Program-made: the position numbers and the translations under genes
Assembly (NCBI GenBank): GCA_041907605.1
Contig: JAYRGZ010000005.1
Location: forward strand, 1 to 48,859
Source of the DNA: Minisyncoccota bacterium
GTDB lineage: Bacteria; Patescibacteriota; Minisyncoccia; Phycocordibacterales; UBA9973
Direction of reading: 5' to 3'
DNA: 48,859 nt
In this document: one piece after another, positions 6,643-15,433 of the stretch
How positions within the stretch are numbered: the first letter of the stretch is position 1
Layout: every line of letters starts with the position of its first letter
Notes under the pieces: model-generated
Told to the model about the DNA's origin: nothing
Seen by the model: the letters and a program-made list of their open reading frames with translations, nothing else
Database searches by the model: none

Positions 6643-9054
6643 TTAATTGTGGTATGGTGCGTGCGGTACATCCATGTCTTCGTAATGCGGTGCTGCGGCA
6701 ACTCTATTTGTTCGGCGATTTTTGTATAGTGTCTGAGCGAGGTATATCAATGCTAGGATTACAAGAATTACTAGTAGCCAGCCTGCAAGAGTATGTGGGA
6801 AGAAATCTCCACCAAATAGTGCAAGTCCAGCTAGGGATGATCGTGCAGGACAGTTTTGAGTATTGTTTAATTCATATGCTACAGCACTTTCTTGTGCAGT
6901 TGTAACTGGACTCTTAAATCCTAGTGTTGCAGTAGTAACAAGTAGAGTTCTATCAATTGCTGAACGTAGAACGATAGCAGTGAAAGTAAGTGATCCTTCT
7001 TGGTCTTTTACCATTGTACCGATATCTAGAGTTAGAGTGTTGTCTGCTGAGTTATAAATTCCAGCTGATGCATTTCTAAATTCTACGTCTTTTGGAATTT
7101 CAATGTGTAGAACAATGTTTGAAACTGTTTTACCAGAAATATTCTTGTATTTAACTGTGTAGAATAGTGGATCACCAACACAAACGTTTTCTGATTGACT
7201 ATCAATTGAAAGCTCAACTAGATTTGATCCAGTACCCGTACCTTGTACGACTACAACCGGAGGATTGTATGTCGGTGTTGTAGTTATTGCTAGAGTTTTG
7301 AATACTTGGATCTCACCTTTTACTGTAGAACCATTTGATACAGCTACCGCTCTGTAATAATAGTATGTATCTGATACCAAGCCTGTTGCAGTGTCATAGA
7401 AAGAAAGTCCTGATGTGCCTGTAACTGTCTGACTTGAAGTTGTGTAGCCCATAGTAGCAGTAGGTCCCCATTCAAAATATACCTGTGTTGTAGTACCTGA
7501 GCCTTGAGTAAGTAGTCCGTTTAGTCTCGCTGAGCTTGTACCAATTGATGAAGCTGATGTTGTCATTACTGATTGTGTAGTTTGGTTGTATTCATCAGTA
7601 TCAGTAGATGAATAACATCCTGGATCGTTTAAATCGATCTTGCCATCACCATCATCATCATATCCATTATTACATGCATATGTTGTTGGTTGTGTTACAT
7701 ATACCTGGGTAGAAGAAGTTTGATTTCCATTTGTTCCATATGCTGTAAGAGTGTAGTATGTTGTGGCATAAATTGAGCCTGTGTATGCACTACCATATGT
7801 TCCATATGATCCATTAACACTACCACCATTTATATATGTAGAAGTACATCCGGTTGTAGACCAGTATAGTGTTGAACTACCGCCTGAGGTAACTGAAGAT
7901 GGTGATGCGTAGAATGATGTAATTGAACAATTATTTTGTATTGTGTTTACAGAAACTGTTGTAGATGATGTTTGATTTCCTCCATTACCATATGCTGTAA
8001 GGGTATATGTAGTTGTTCCATAAAGCGCACCAGTAGAAACTGATCCGTTTGTTGCGTTATTGTTGCCATAAAGCGTGCCGCCGGTGATTGATGTTGATGT
8101 ACATCCTGTTGTGGTCCAGTATAGTGTTGAACTACCACCAGATGATACTGAAGACGGTGATGCGTAGAATGAATTGATCGCGCAATTGTTTTGTATTGTG
8201 TTTACATTGACTGTCGTTGAAGCACTTGTCGTATTAGTTCCTGTCGCAGTAAGTGTAAAAGTATTAGTTGGACTTGTAAGTCCACCAGTATAAATAAAAC
8301 CATTTGTAGAAACTGCTCCGCCTACTGTTGGACCAGAGATACTTGCGGTAGTACAACCTGACGTTGACCATGAAAGCATTGATGTAAGTCCAGATGACAC
8401 TGCTGTAGGATTTGCACTAAATGAATTAATTACACAATTATTTACTTGGGTAGAACTAACTTTATAGTGAAGTACTATATCTCCCTGATGACAAAATGAA
8501 TTAGTAGCTGGACATGTGTTTTGACCAGCGATAGAACCGATGTTTAAACCACCAGAATATAAATTACTTCCATCCATTAATACTGCTTCATATGTTTGTG
8601 TCTTCTGATCATAGTAAACATAAACATTATTTGTATTTGTTGTAACACCAGTAAAAGTCAGAGTCTGTGCAGAATTTAAGTTTATTGTTGTAGATCCAGA
8701 AAGACTTGAAAATCCATCAGCGGATAGTGTTGCAGATATTGTATGTGTTGTCCCAGAACCAGTTACCTGTGGAGATACTGTAAATTTTGTATTCGTAGCA
8801 GTGGTTGTGCCAGTATTGTGGAAATATAGAATAACAGCGACTGTATCGCCTGCGTTTACACCTGAAGTCACAACATTGTAACCAGTATTTGTACCGTTAG
8901 AAATTTTACTTCGAACGAGTGGATAATCACATCCAAGTTGTCCTTCATAAGAACATACAGGAAGTGTATTGAAAGCTGCCTCTGCTTTGTTTGCAAATGC
9001 AAAACCTACAACGACAACAAGACCAATCAAAAGTTTGGCGGTTAAGTTTTTCAT
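6643..9054 (-). CDS. Large exported surface protein: three tandem ~84-aa Cys-containing repeats, FN3-like and DUF11-like domains, C-terminal TM anchor
   Basis: Start at MKNLTAKLLIGLVVVVGFAFANKAEA (signal peptide). Three NNC-x-I-x-SF...W-x-T-x-GC...TLTA-x-G repeats are followed by DDDGDGKIDLNDPGC, an FN3-like segment and a DUF11-like segment. C-terminal segment WLLVILVILALIYL is followed by KNRR. Confidence 0.8.
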   Translation of the reverse strand: MKNLTAKLLIGLVVVVGFAFANKAEAAFNTLPVCSYEGQLGCDYPLVRSKISNGTNTGYNVVTSGVNAGDTVAVILYFHNTGTTTATNTKFTVSPQVTGSGTTHTISATLSADGFSSLSGSTTINLNSAQTLTFTGVTTNTNNVYVYYDQKTQTYEAVLMDGSNLYSGGLNIGSIAGQNTCPATNSFCHQGDIVLHYKVSSTQVNNCVINSFSANPTAVSSGLTSMLSWSTSGCTTASISGPTVGGAVSTNGFIYTGGLTSPTNTFTLTATGTNTTSASTTVNVNTIQNNCAINSFYASPSSVSSGGSSTLYWTTTGCTSTSITGGTLYGNNNATNGSVSTGALYGTTTYTLTAYGNGGNQTSSTTVSVNTIQNNCSITSFYASPSSVTSGGSSTLYWSTTGCTSTYINGGSVNGSYGTYGSAYTGSIYATTYYTLTAYGTNGNQTSSTQVYVTQPTTYACNNGYDDDGDGKIDLNDPGCYSSTDTDEYNQTTQSVMTTSASSIGTSSARLNGLLTQGSGTTTQVYFEWGPTATMGYTTSSQTVTGTSGLSFYDTATGLVSDTYYYYRAVAVSNGSTVKGEIQVFKTLAITTTPTYNPPVVVVQGTGTGSNLVELSIDSQSENVCVGDPLFYTVKYKNISGKTVSNIVLHIEIPKDVEFRNASAGIYNSADNTLTLDIGTMVKDQEGSLTFTAIVLRSAIDRTLLVTTATLGFKSPVTTAQESAVAYELNNTQNCPARSSLAGLALFGGDFFPHTLAGWLLVILVILALIYLAQTLYKNRRTNRVAAAPHYEDMDVPHAPYHN
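7690..8442 (-). repeat. Three tandem ~250-bp coding repeats inside the surface protein gene
   Basis: Protein repeats cover residues 238-321, 322-406 and 407-488 of the long ORF. Repeats 2 and 3 share long near-identical DNA stretches, e.g. CCAGTATAGTGTTGAACTACC...GGTGATGCGTAGAATGA. Confidence 0.85.
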
Positions 9055-9230
9055 AATATTATTTTTTATATTAATAAATTTCATATTTTCATAATAACAT
9101 ATCTTAATCAATATGTCAATCTGTACTCGATAAGTACATTTGTAAGACTTCAATCATAAATTAAAGGCTTACAAATGGGGTGGACTGTTTTTCAACGTTC
9201 ACCCTTCTTTGTTTTTTCCAAACAGCAAAT

Positions 9231-11027
9231 TTAATGGCGACCACGTGCACCGCCCGCCGAAGAAATCATACCCCCACCAGTATTTCCCATAGAAAAACCA
9301 TGGGCAGAATTACCGAAACTACTTAAGTTTGTGGCAACTCCGTTTCCATAATTTCCTTGCTGGATATTAGTTGTTGGTCTTTTATTCTCCAACTTTGCCA
9401 ATAATCCTAATCCATCGCTACCATTTGAATAGTGCGTGAGATTGGAAACTCCAGAGGAAATCTGATTCGGTTTTCCATGGATCACAGGATTTGAGCCGGT
9501 GGTAATACCATTACCATTGTTTGTGTAAATAGGCTTTGTATTGCCACTACCATGAATGCTACTTTGACTACTGCTACCTGTATAAAAAACAGGTTTAGAT
9601 CCTGAGCTTATCTCAGAATTAGCATTCGTGTTGTAAGCGATAGTAGATCCACCAGCATTATTGTTACCAAGAGAACCAGTTGTGTATGCTGCAACTCCAC
9701 CTGTAGTAGCTATTACGTTACCGTTTGGAGAAATTACATTATACGTTTGTCCACTGTGAGCAACATTGTTTGTATTACCAGCTGTTGTTCCCGCATTGCC
9801 TATGGTTGTGTAGCCTATCCCTGTATTACCAGTTGTAACAACATTCGTGTTTACACTATTGTTGTTAATTAAAACTGGCGATTTAGGAACAAAGCTGTTA
9901 CTGCCATTTGTCTGTAAATTTGACCCAGCAACATTAGAGGTTGTAACCGGCGTTTTAGGAACAAACTTAGAATGATTAGTATTACTACTGGGATCATTCT
10001 TAGCTCCGTAATATCCATCGTTGCCGTTTGTGTTTGCACCACCTGTATTAAAACCGCCGCCATCATTACCATTAGTGTTTCCACCAGTGGTTGTACCATC
10101 TGTCCCATTGGTTGCACCATCTGTTGTGGTGGTTGTGCCATTGTTATTGATGGTAATGATGTTGTAAGTATAAGAGGTGTTGTTGTAGGTAGTATAGTAG
10201 TTATTGGTAGTATTTGACCAACCTTGTACGGGATTTTGATAATAACCATAATAAGGTTGACTGTTATACCAAAAACTAAAATTAAAACCCCAGCTGGGCT
10301 GACAATAATTTGCGGGCATACAATAACAACTTTGTTGCGGTATGTACTGCACTGGCTGAGAACAACCACAATCTTCGTTATACACCTTGTACTCTGTTGC
10401 TCCTTGCGGAACTTCATTATAAACATTTACAATTATGTCACCATCGCTGTTTTGCTTTGGTATTACATTTGTAGTTGTCGGTGTTTTTTGTTGATCGGGC
10501 TCTTTTTTTGCAATTGGATCAGGTTGTTTTTCTTCCACATAAGGATACCTCATATCTTTTACAAGATTGAGACATTTACGTTTATAGAGCACAATCCAGT
10601 TTCCACTTGTGGGTGATCTCCAAATCCTGCATTCAATTTGAATCCAATCATCTTCGAAGGCCACCATTTTGTGAGTACTTGGATCAACTGCATAAATCTG
10701 CAAATCACCTTTCTTCATGTCAACAATTGTGTCTTTCCCCTCAATGACCATAGTGAGGGCTTCTTGCTTGTCCACCGGACTGGCAAGGTGAAGTGCTTGT
10801 TGATTGTAGTTAATGAAATTAACCAGAGAATCAACATAAACTTCACGGATATCAGACTGGAGGTAATCGGCAGTGCCGAAGTATAAATCATTTGCAAACA
10901 CTTCTGCTTCCGGAATTTGTTCGCCGGTAATCAAAAATTGTTTGTACGGGTGATTTTGCCCGTATGCTTTTTGGTGCATTGACGCAAGAAATGTCATTGC
11001 GAAAAATGCGATGATAAAGTGCTTCAT
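9231..11027 (-). CDS. Exported protein with globular N-domain, Cys/aromatic cluster and ~330-aa Asn/Gly/Thr-rich low-complexity tail
   Basis: Signal peptide MKHFIIAFFAMTFLASMHQKAYGQ. Cys cluster CGCSQPVQYIPQQSCYCMPANYC. The tail is long N/G/T/S-rich sequence. No family recognised. Confidence 0.7.
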   Translation of the reverse strand: MKHFIIAFFAMTFLASMHQKAYGQNHPYKQFLITGEQIPEAEVFANDLYFGTADYLQSDIREVYVDSLVNFINYNQQALHLASPVDKQEALTMVIEGKDTIVDMKKGDLQIYAVDPSTHKMVAFEDDWIQIECRIWRSPTSGNWIVLYKRKCLNLVKDMRYPYVEEKQPDPIAKKEPDQQKTPTTTNVIPKQNSDGDIIVNVYNEVPQGATEYKVYNEDCGCSQPVQYIPQQSCYCMPANYCQPSWGFNFSFWYNSQPYYGYYQNPVQGWSNTTNNYYTTYNNTSYTYNIITINNNGTTTTTDGATNGTDGTTTGGNTNGNDGGGFNTGGANTNGNDGYYGAKNDPSSNTNHSKFVPKTPVTTSNVAGSNLQTNGSNSFVPKSPVLINNNSVNTNVVTTGNTGIGYTTIGNAGTTAGNTNNVAHSGQTYNVISPNGNVIATTGGVAAYTTGSLGNNNAGGSTIAYNTNANSEISSGSKPVFYTGSSSQSSIHGSGNTKPIYTNNGNGITTGSNPVIHGKPNQISSGVSNLTHYSNGSDGLGLLAKLENKRPTTNIQQGNYGNGVATNLSSFGNSAHGFSMGNTGGGMISSAGGARGRH

Positions 11028-11175
11028 CTTTTTCTGATTTTTGTTTAGTTTATGATTTTTGTGAGATTTTCTGACTATTCAGTATTTTGTAGTATAGTAT
11101 CACGTTTAGCCTTATTTGTCAAGGAGTTTTTCGCTCATATATATATGCCTAATAAGGTATAATTGTGAGTATTAT

Positions 11176-12879
11176 ATGGTCCAATTTGATGAAGACAAAC
11201 AAGCTCGCCAATTAGACGACCTCAAAAAAGCCGAAGAGGAGGAACTGGTGCAAATCCTAGCTGAACAAAAATACGGTATCCCCTATGCTAATTTGGCTAC
11301 TACATTAGTTGAAAACGAAGCACTTAGATATATCTCAGAGAAAGAAGCAAAAGAGTGGCAGATCGCTCCATTTAAATTACTTGGTAAAAATATTCATATC
11401 GGTATTCGCTCTCCTGAACGACCAGAGGTTGAAGCTTTTCAAAATGAACTCAAAAAGAAGGGGTTGATTCCTCATCTATATATGGTGTCCCTTGCGAGCT
11501 TAGAAAAAGTCTGGGAAAGATATGCTGAGCTTTCTTTTGCTTCTACTTCACGTGTAGGAGGATTGGATATTTCCGCTACGGTGATTGAAGAGCTCAAAGC
11601 AAAATTAAAAAATGTGAATGATGTAAAGAGTGAACTAGAAGCTTTAATGAAAACTAACGAGACTCATAGGGTTTCTCACATACTAGAAATAATTCTCGCT
11701 GGAGCTATCGGAATCAACGCCTCTGACGTACACATAGAGCCTGAACAAGACTATGTAAGACTTCGTTTTCGATTAGATGGTGTACTGCAAGACATTTATC
11801 ATTTTGGATATGACATTCACAAACTTTTGAATTCTCGCTTGAAACTCATCTCCGGGATGAAGCTCACAACTCAAGCAATAGCACAAGACGGGCGTTTCTC
11901 AATATTTTTGGGAACAGATGAAATTTCTATGCGCGTATCCATTGTCCCCGGAGCATATGGTGAAGGAATTGTGATGAGAATACTTAATCCGAAATCAATT
12001 CAAGTAAATCTAGAAGAAATGGGAATTGATGACAAGCTGTTTAATATCATGATGACCGAAATCGCAAAACCAAACGGCATGATTCTAATCACCGGACCTA
12101 CCGGCTCAGGTAAGACCACAACCCTATACGCATTCTTGCGAAAAATTTATACACCAGAAATAAAGATGATGACAATCGAGGATCCAGTGGAATATCATCT
12201 AGAAGGAATTACTCAAACACAAACAGAAATAGAAAAAGGTTATGGATTCTTAGAAGGACTCCGCGCGGCACTAAGACAAGACCCAGACGTGATAATGGTG
12301 GGAGAAATTCGTGATGCTGACACAGCAAAAACCGCCGTGGAGGCAGCTCTCACTGGCCACTTGGTTTTCTCAACTCTTCATACAAACAATGCTGCTGGAG
12401 TAATCCCTCGTCTTATTGATCTAGATGTTAATCCTAAAACACTAGTATCTGCCCTAACGTTATCTATAGCCCAGAGACTTGTGCGTAAGCTCTGCCAGAA
12501 TTGTAAAAAAGAAATAACAGAACCAAATCCAAAAGACATTGAATTGATAAGGAATATTTTGAAAAGTGCACAGGAAGAAGGCAAGGATTTATCTAAATAC
12601 AACCTCTCACCAGATATGCCTATAAAACTCTGGGGTCCTGTAGGCTGTGAACTATGTAACTTCACAGGATACAAAGGCCGACTCGGTGTATTTGAAGCAA
12701 TTCACACGACAGAAGCAATTGAGAAAATAATTCCAGAGAATCCATCGGAGCGCGAAATAAAAAAAATAGCCGAGGGTGAAGGACTTTTCGACATGAAGGA
12801 GGATGGTGTAGTGAAAATTTTGAAAGGTATTACTTCGCTTGAAGAAGTCGCGGACGTCGTAGATATGTATGAGGATTAA
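11176..12879 (+). CDS. pilB: GspE/PilB-family type II/IV secretion (type IV pilus assembly) ATPase
   Basis: N-terminal T2SSE_N-like region, Walker A ITGPTGSGKTTTLYA, Asp/His boxes (VGEIRD, LVFSTLHTN) and a tetracysteine motif (CQNC...CELC). ATG at 11176 preferred over the TTG at 11116. Confidence 0.9.
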   Translation: MVQFDEDKQARQLDDLKKAEEEELVQILAEQKYGIPYANLATTLVENEALRYISEKEAKEWQIAPFKLLGKNIHIGIRSPERPEVEAFQNELKKKGLIPHLYMVSLASLEKVWERYAELSFASTSRVGGLDISATVIEELKAKLKNVNDVKSELEALMKTNETHRVSHILEIILAGAIGINASDVHIEPEQDYVRLRFRLDGVLQDIYHFGYDIHKLLNSRLKLISGMKLTTQAIAQDGRFSIFLGTDEISMRVSIVPGAYGEGIVMRILNPKSIQVNLEEMGIDDKLFNIMMTEIAKPNGMILITGPTGSGKTTTLYAFLRKIYTPEIKMMTIEDPVEYHLEGITQTQTEIEKGYGFLEGLRAALRQDPDVIMVGEIRDADTAKTAVEAALTGHLVFSTLHTNNAAGVIPRLIDLDVNPKTLVSALTLSIAQRLVRKLCQNCKKEITEPNPKDIELIRNILKSAQEEGKDLSKYNLSPDMPIKLWGPVGCELCNFTGYKGRLGVFEAIHTTEAIEKIIPENPSEREIKKIAEGEGLFDMKEDGVVKILKGITSLEEVADVVDMYED

Positions 12880-12890
12880 TATTCTTTTTT

Positions 12891-12980
12891 GCTCTCTTGT
12901 TTAGTAACCAAGTAATTTTTTGCTAAAAATTCTTTCTCACTCAAACCAAGTTTTCCGCTACGTTTCTAAACAAGAGAAGC
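12891..12980 (+). repeat. Nested-hairpin 3'-end element, copy C
   Basis: Outer stem GCTCTCTTGTTTAG/CTAAACAAGAGAAGC with one bulge. Inner hairpin AATTTTT-TGCT-AAAAATT at 12914-12931, then CTTTCTCACTCA...CCGCTAC. Starts 12 nt after the pilB stop, in sense orientation. Confidence 0.5.
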
Positions 12981-13002
12981 GGGCTTATTAAAATACAAAA
13001 CA

Positions 13003-13428
13003 TCAGTAGAAAAGAAGTACTACCCAAACGAGAGCAAATCCAATTGGTAATCCAAAAAGAAATCTCCACAAACCGTAGCGTCCAAATATGTAACTCTTCC
13101 ATGTACGATTTACCTTATCTTTTTTAGACCACATTTGTACATCTTCTTCATAAGAAAGTTTATCTTCTAGGTGTTGAATCCGCGTTACCCAATTATTTCT
13201 CCAAAGTCTCTGTTTGCGAACAATTACGAGCCAGTAGATTGAAAGTAGTATCCCAATAATTTTTGCTAATAATAAATATTGTGTATTTAATTTCCCTATA
13301 AAAAGTGAACCGATAAGAGCTGAGTTCACAACAAAGAAAAAATTATAGAGCCAATACAAATCCTTCGCTTCTTCTTTTACCTGCGAAATATACCGATCGT
13401 ATTGTTGTATGAGTTCATTTCTTTCCAT
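13003..13428 (-). CDS. Small polytopic membrane protein (hypothetical)
   Basis: 141-aa ORF with three to four hydrophobic segments and a charged central loop. No family confidently recognised. Confidence 0.6.
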   Translation of the reverse strand: MERNELIQQYDRYISQVKEEAKDLYWLYNFFFVVNSALIGSLFIGKLNTQYLLLAKIIGILLSIYWLVIVRKQRLWRNNWVTRIQHLEDKLSYEEDVQMWSKKDKVNRTWKSYIFGRYGLWRFLFGLPIGFALVWVVLLFY

Positions 13429-13456
13429 ACTTATATAGTATCTAAAAAAGAAAAAA

Positions 13457-13601
13457 GCATAAATCTCTAAACAATCCTTAACATGCTATGCACGAGAAGC
13501 AACGCATTCTCAAAGGATAGCCCCAGTACATGTAAACATGACCAAAACGTCCTTCTCGAAAGCATATAAACCATAAAGGCTGATCGCTTAGAGATTTATG
13601 C
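13457..13601 (-). ncRNA. Candidate structured RNA closed by a 14-bp perfect stem (strand assignment tentative)
   Basis: GCATAAATCTCTAA (13457-13470) pairs with TTAGAGATTTATGC (13588-13601). Internal helices are possible (ATCCTT/AAGGAT, AGCC/GGCT). On the minus strand the structure is followed by a T-rich run (complement of 13442-13456). Confidence 0.3.
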
Positions 13602-13739
13602 CATTTTCAACCACCAAACAACTATACAACAAAAAATTTACCCCACATTCTCGCGAAGTGGTATACTCTGTGCATAAGGTGTGTATAAATAATTTCTGGT
13701 ATCATCATAGCATATACTAAATTTTTTGTCAATAGACAT

Positions 13740-14759
13740 ATGGAAGATAAAACAAATAACAAAACAAACGAGGGTGACGAACTATTCTTGGATCAGACAC
13801 TCCGACCGAGCGCATGGGATGAATATATAGGCCAAGAACCTATAAAAGAGAACCTAAAAATCCTATTAACTGCTGCAAAAGAGCGTAATCATCCAGCAGA
13901 ACATATACTTTTTTATGGTCCACCAGGACTCGGTAAGACTACCCTTGCGCATCTGATTGCCAAAGAAACTGGACGACAGATAAAAATTACTTCCGGCCCC
14001 GCTATTGAAAAAGTTGGGGATCTCGCCTCAATTCTCACAAATCTTGCTCCAGGAGATATACTTTTTATAGATGAAATTCACCGCCTAAATAAAATGGTTG
14101 AGGAGGTTCTCTACCCTGCTATGGAGTCAGGAATCTTAGATATCATAATTGGCAAAGGACCATCCGCTCGTACAATTCAGCTCGATTTGCCACCTTTTAC
14201 TCTCGTTGCTGCAACAACCCGCATTGCACTTTTGTCGGCACCACTTCGATCACGATTCTCTGGCGGAGTATTTCGACTAGAATTTTATTCTGAAGAAGAA
14301 ATTAAAAAAATTATACAGCGTTCAGCAAAAATTTTGGGTATTTCCGTAGACGATGAAGGGATGACCGAAATTGCGAAGCGTTCACGCTTCACTCCTCGTA
14401 CAGCAAACTATTTTCTAAAACGCTGTCGTGACTACGCACAAGTACATAAAAAAGATTTGGATAAAAAAACTGTCTTTCTTGCTCTATCACTTCTAGGAAT
14501 TGATGAGCTTGGACTTTCTCAATCAGATAGAACAGTATTGGAAACAATAATCGGAAAATTTGACGGTGGTCCGGTGGGATTAAATACTCTCTCTGCTGCA
14601 ACAAGCGAGGAAGAAGCAACAATAGAAGAAGTAGTAGAACCATATCTAATTCAGCGTGGACTACTAGAGCGCACAACTCGTGGGCGCACAGCTACAAAGA
14701 AAGCATATGAACATCTCGGTTACGATTTTCCAGAACAGAAACAAAACTCTCTTATATAA
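13740..14759 (+). CDS. ruvB: Holliday junction branch migration ATPase RuvB
   Basis: [14 protein letters not shown] Walker [11 protein letters not shown] Walker B, and the C-terminal winged-helix region typical of RuvB. Confidence 0.95.
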   Translation: MEDKTNNKTNEGDELFLDQTLRPSAWDEYIGQEPIKENLKILLTAAKERNHPAEHILFYGPPGLGKTTLAHLIAKETGRQIKITSGPAIEKVGDLASILTNLAPGDILFIDEIHRLNKMVEEVLYPAMESGILDIIIGKGPSARTIQLDLPPFTLVAATTRIALLSAPLRSRFSGGVFRLEFYSEEEIKKIIQRSAKILGISVDDEGMTEIAKRSRFTPRTANYFLKRCRDYAQVHKKDLDKKTVFLALSLLGIDELGLSQSDRTVLETIIGKFDGGPVGLNTLSAATSEEEATIEEVVEPYLIQRGLLERTTRGRTATKKAYEHLGYDFPEQKQNSLI

Positions 14760-14815
14760 AGCAAAACGATCAGACTATAGAAATAGCTGATCGTTGTCCA
14801 CATTTAAGTGGATTT

Positions 14816-15277
14816 TTATTGACACGGTCCAACAACGTAGGCGTTGTTGGTAACACCACACCCCTGACAGGTATAAGTATGCTGTTGGTTACACATACTA
14901 TAGTTACCGCCGTTTGGATTTGGGTATTGATTTGTACTGTATTGGCTACCACCAACCCCACCTGAAATTCCAACGGAATTTCCATACGGGGAAGTTGATC
15001 CAGACACAGTGACATTCCAGTTACCATTTCCTACAGATACCCCTGCAGTTGTATATTGTCCATTTGATTGAACAAACACCTGTGGGTGTAAATCCTTGAT
15101 AACCTGACCGGCTGTTTTGTGTTTTTCACTGTTAGTTTCAGTGGAACTTTGTCCATCTGAATATACGGTGTAGGTTGTGTCATCAGATGCTGTGTAATAC
15201 ACATCATCTGAGTTTGTTTGAGCAAAAGCATTGAATGCGAGTGCACAAATTGCGAAAAGTACGATTATTTTTTTCAT
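14816..15277 (-). CDS. Small exported Tyr/Thr/Asn/Gly-rich protein with C-terminal Cys cluster (hypothetical)
   Basis: Start at MKKIIVLFAICALAFNAFAQ (signal peptide) rather than the long ORF start at 15412. C-terminus is MCNQQHTYTCQGCGVTNNAYVVGPCQ. Confidence 0.6.
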   Translation of the reverse strand: MKKIIVLFAICALAFNAFAQTNSDDVYYTASDDTTYTVYSDGQSSTETNSEKHKTAGQVIKDLHPQVFVQSNGQYTTAGVSVGNGNWNVTVSGSTSPYGNSVGISGGVGGSQYSTNQYPNPNGGNYSMCNQQHTYTCQGCGVTNNAYVVGPCQ

Positions 15278-15433
15278 TGCTTCTATGTTTTGAGTTTGAG
15301 ATGAAAATTTTTCGATGACACTCATAATAGCATAAAAATGTATAAAAGTCAAGGGGTTTCTTGTTACCCTTTTTGGTTCTATAATGAAAATATCCTTATT
15401 TAAAGGCTTCAAATATGAACCGAGTATATATCA

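Noticed and set aside
7690-8442. Tandem repeats considered as a CRISPR-like or satellite array
   Set aside because: The repeats are ~250 bp, in frame, and encode homologous protein modules inside one ORF. There is no short repeat-spacer periodicity and no cas genes.
9055-9153. Upstream extensions of ORF-track starts (9153 for the surface protein; also 6555 for tsaE, 11116 for pilB, 15412 for the small secreted protein)
   Set aside because: Internal Met codons give canonical signal peptides or family-typical N-termini. The extensions overlap a terminator (6554-6581) or promoter-like AT-rich DNA, or start with TTG.
9869-10616. Several 80-185-aa ORFs in alternative frames of the 598-aa low-complexity gene
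   Set aside because: They are frame artefacts of repetitive Asn/Gly/Thr coding sequence. Only the 9231-11027 frame has a signal peptide and extends the full length.
9231-11027. Horizontal acquisition of the 598-aa gene, suggested by a Bacteroidetes-like signal peptide and higher local GC
   Set aside because: Other exported proteins in the window have the same style of signal peptide ending in A-x-A/Q. The GC rise is explained by Gly/Thr/Ala codon content.
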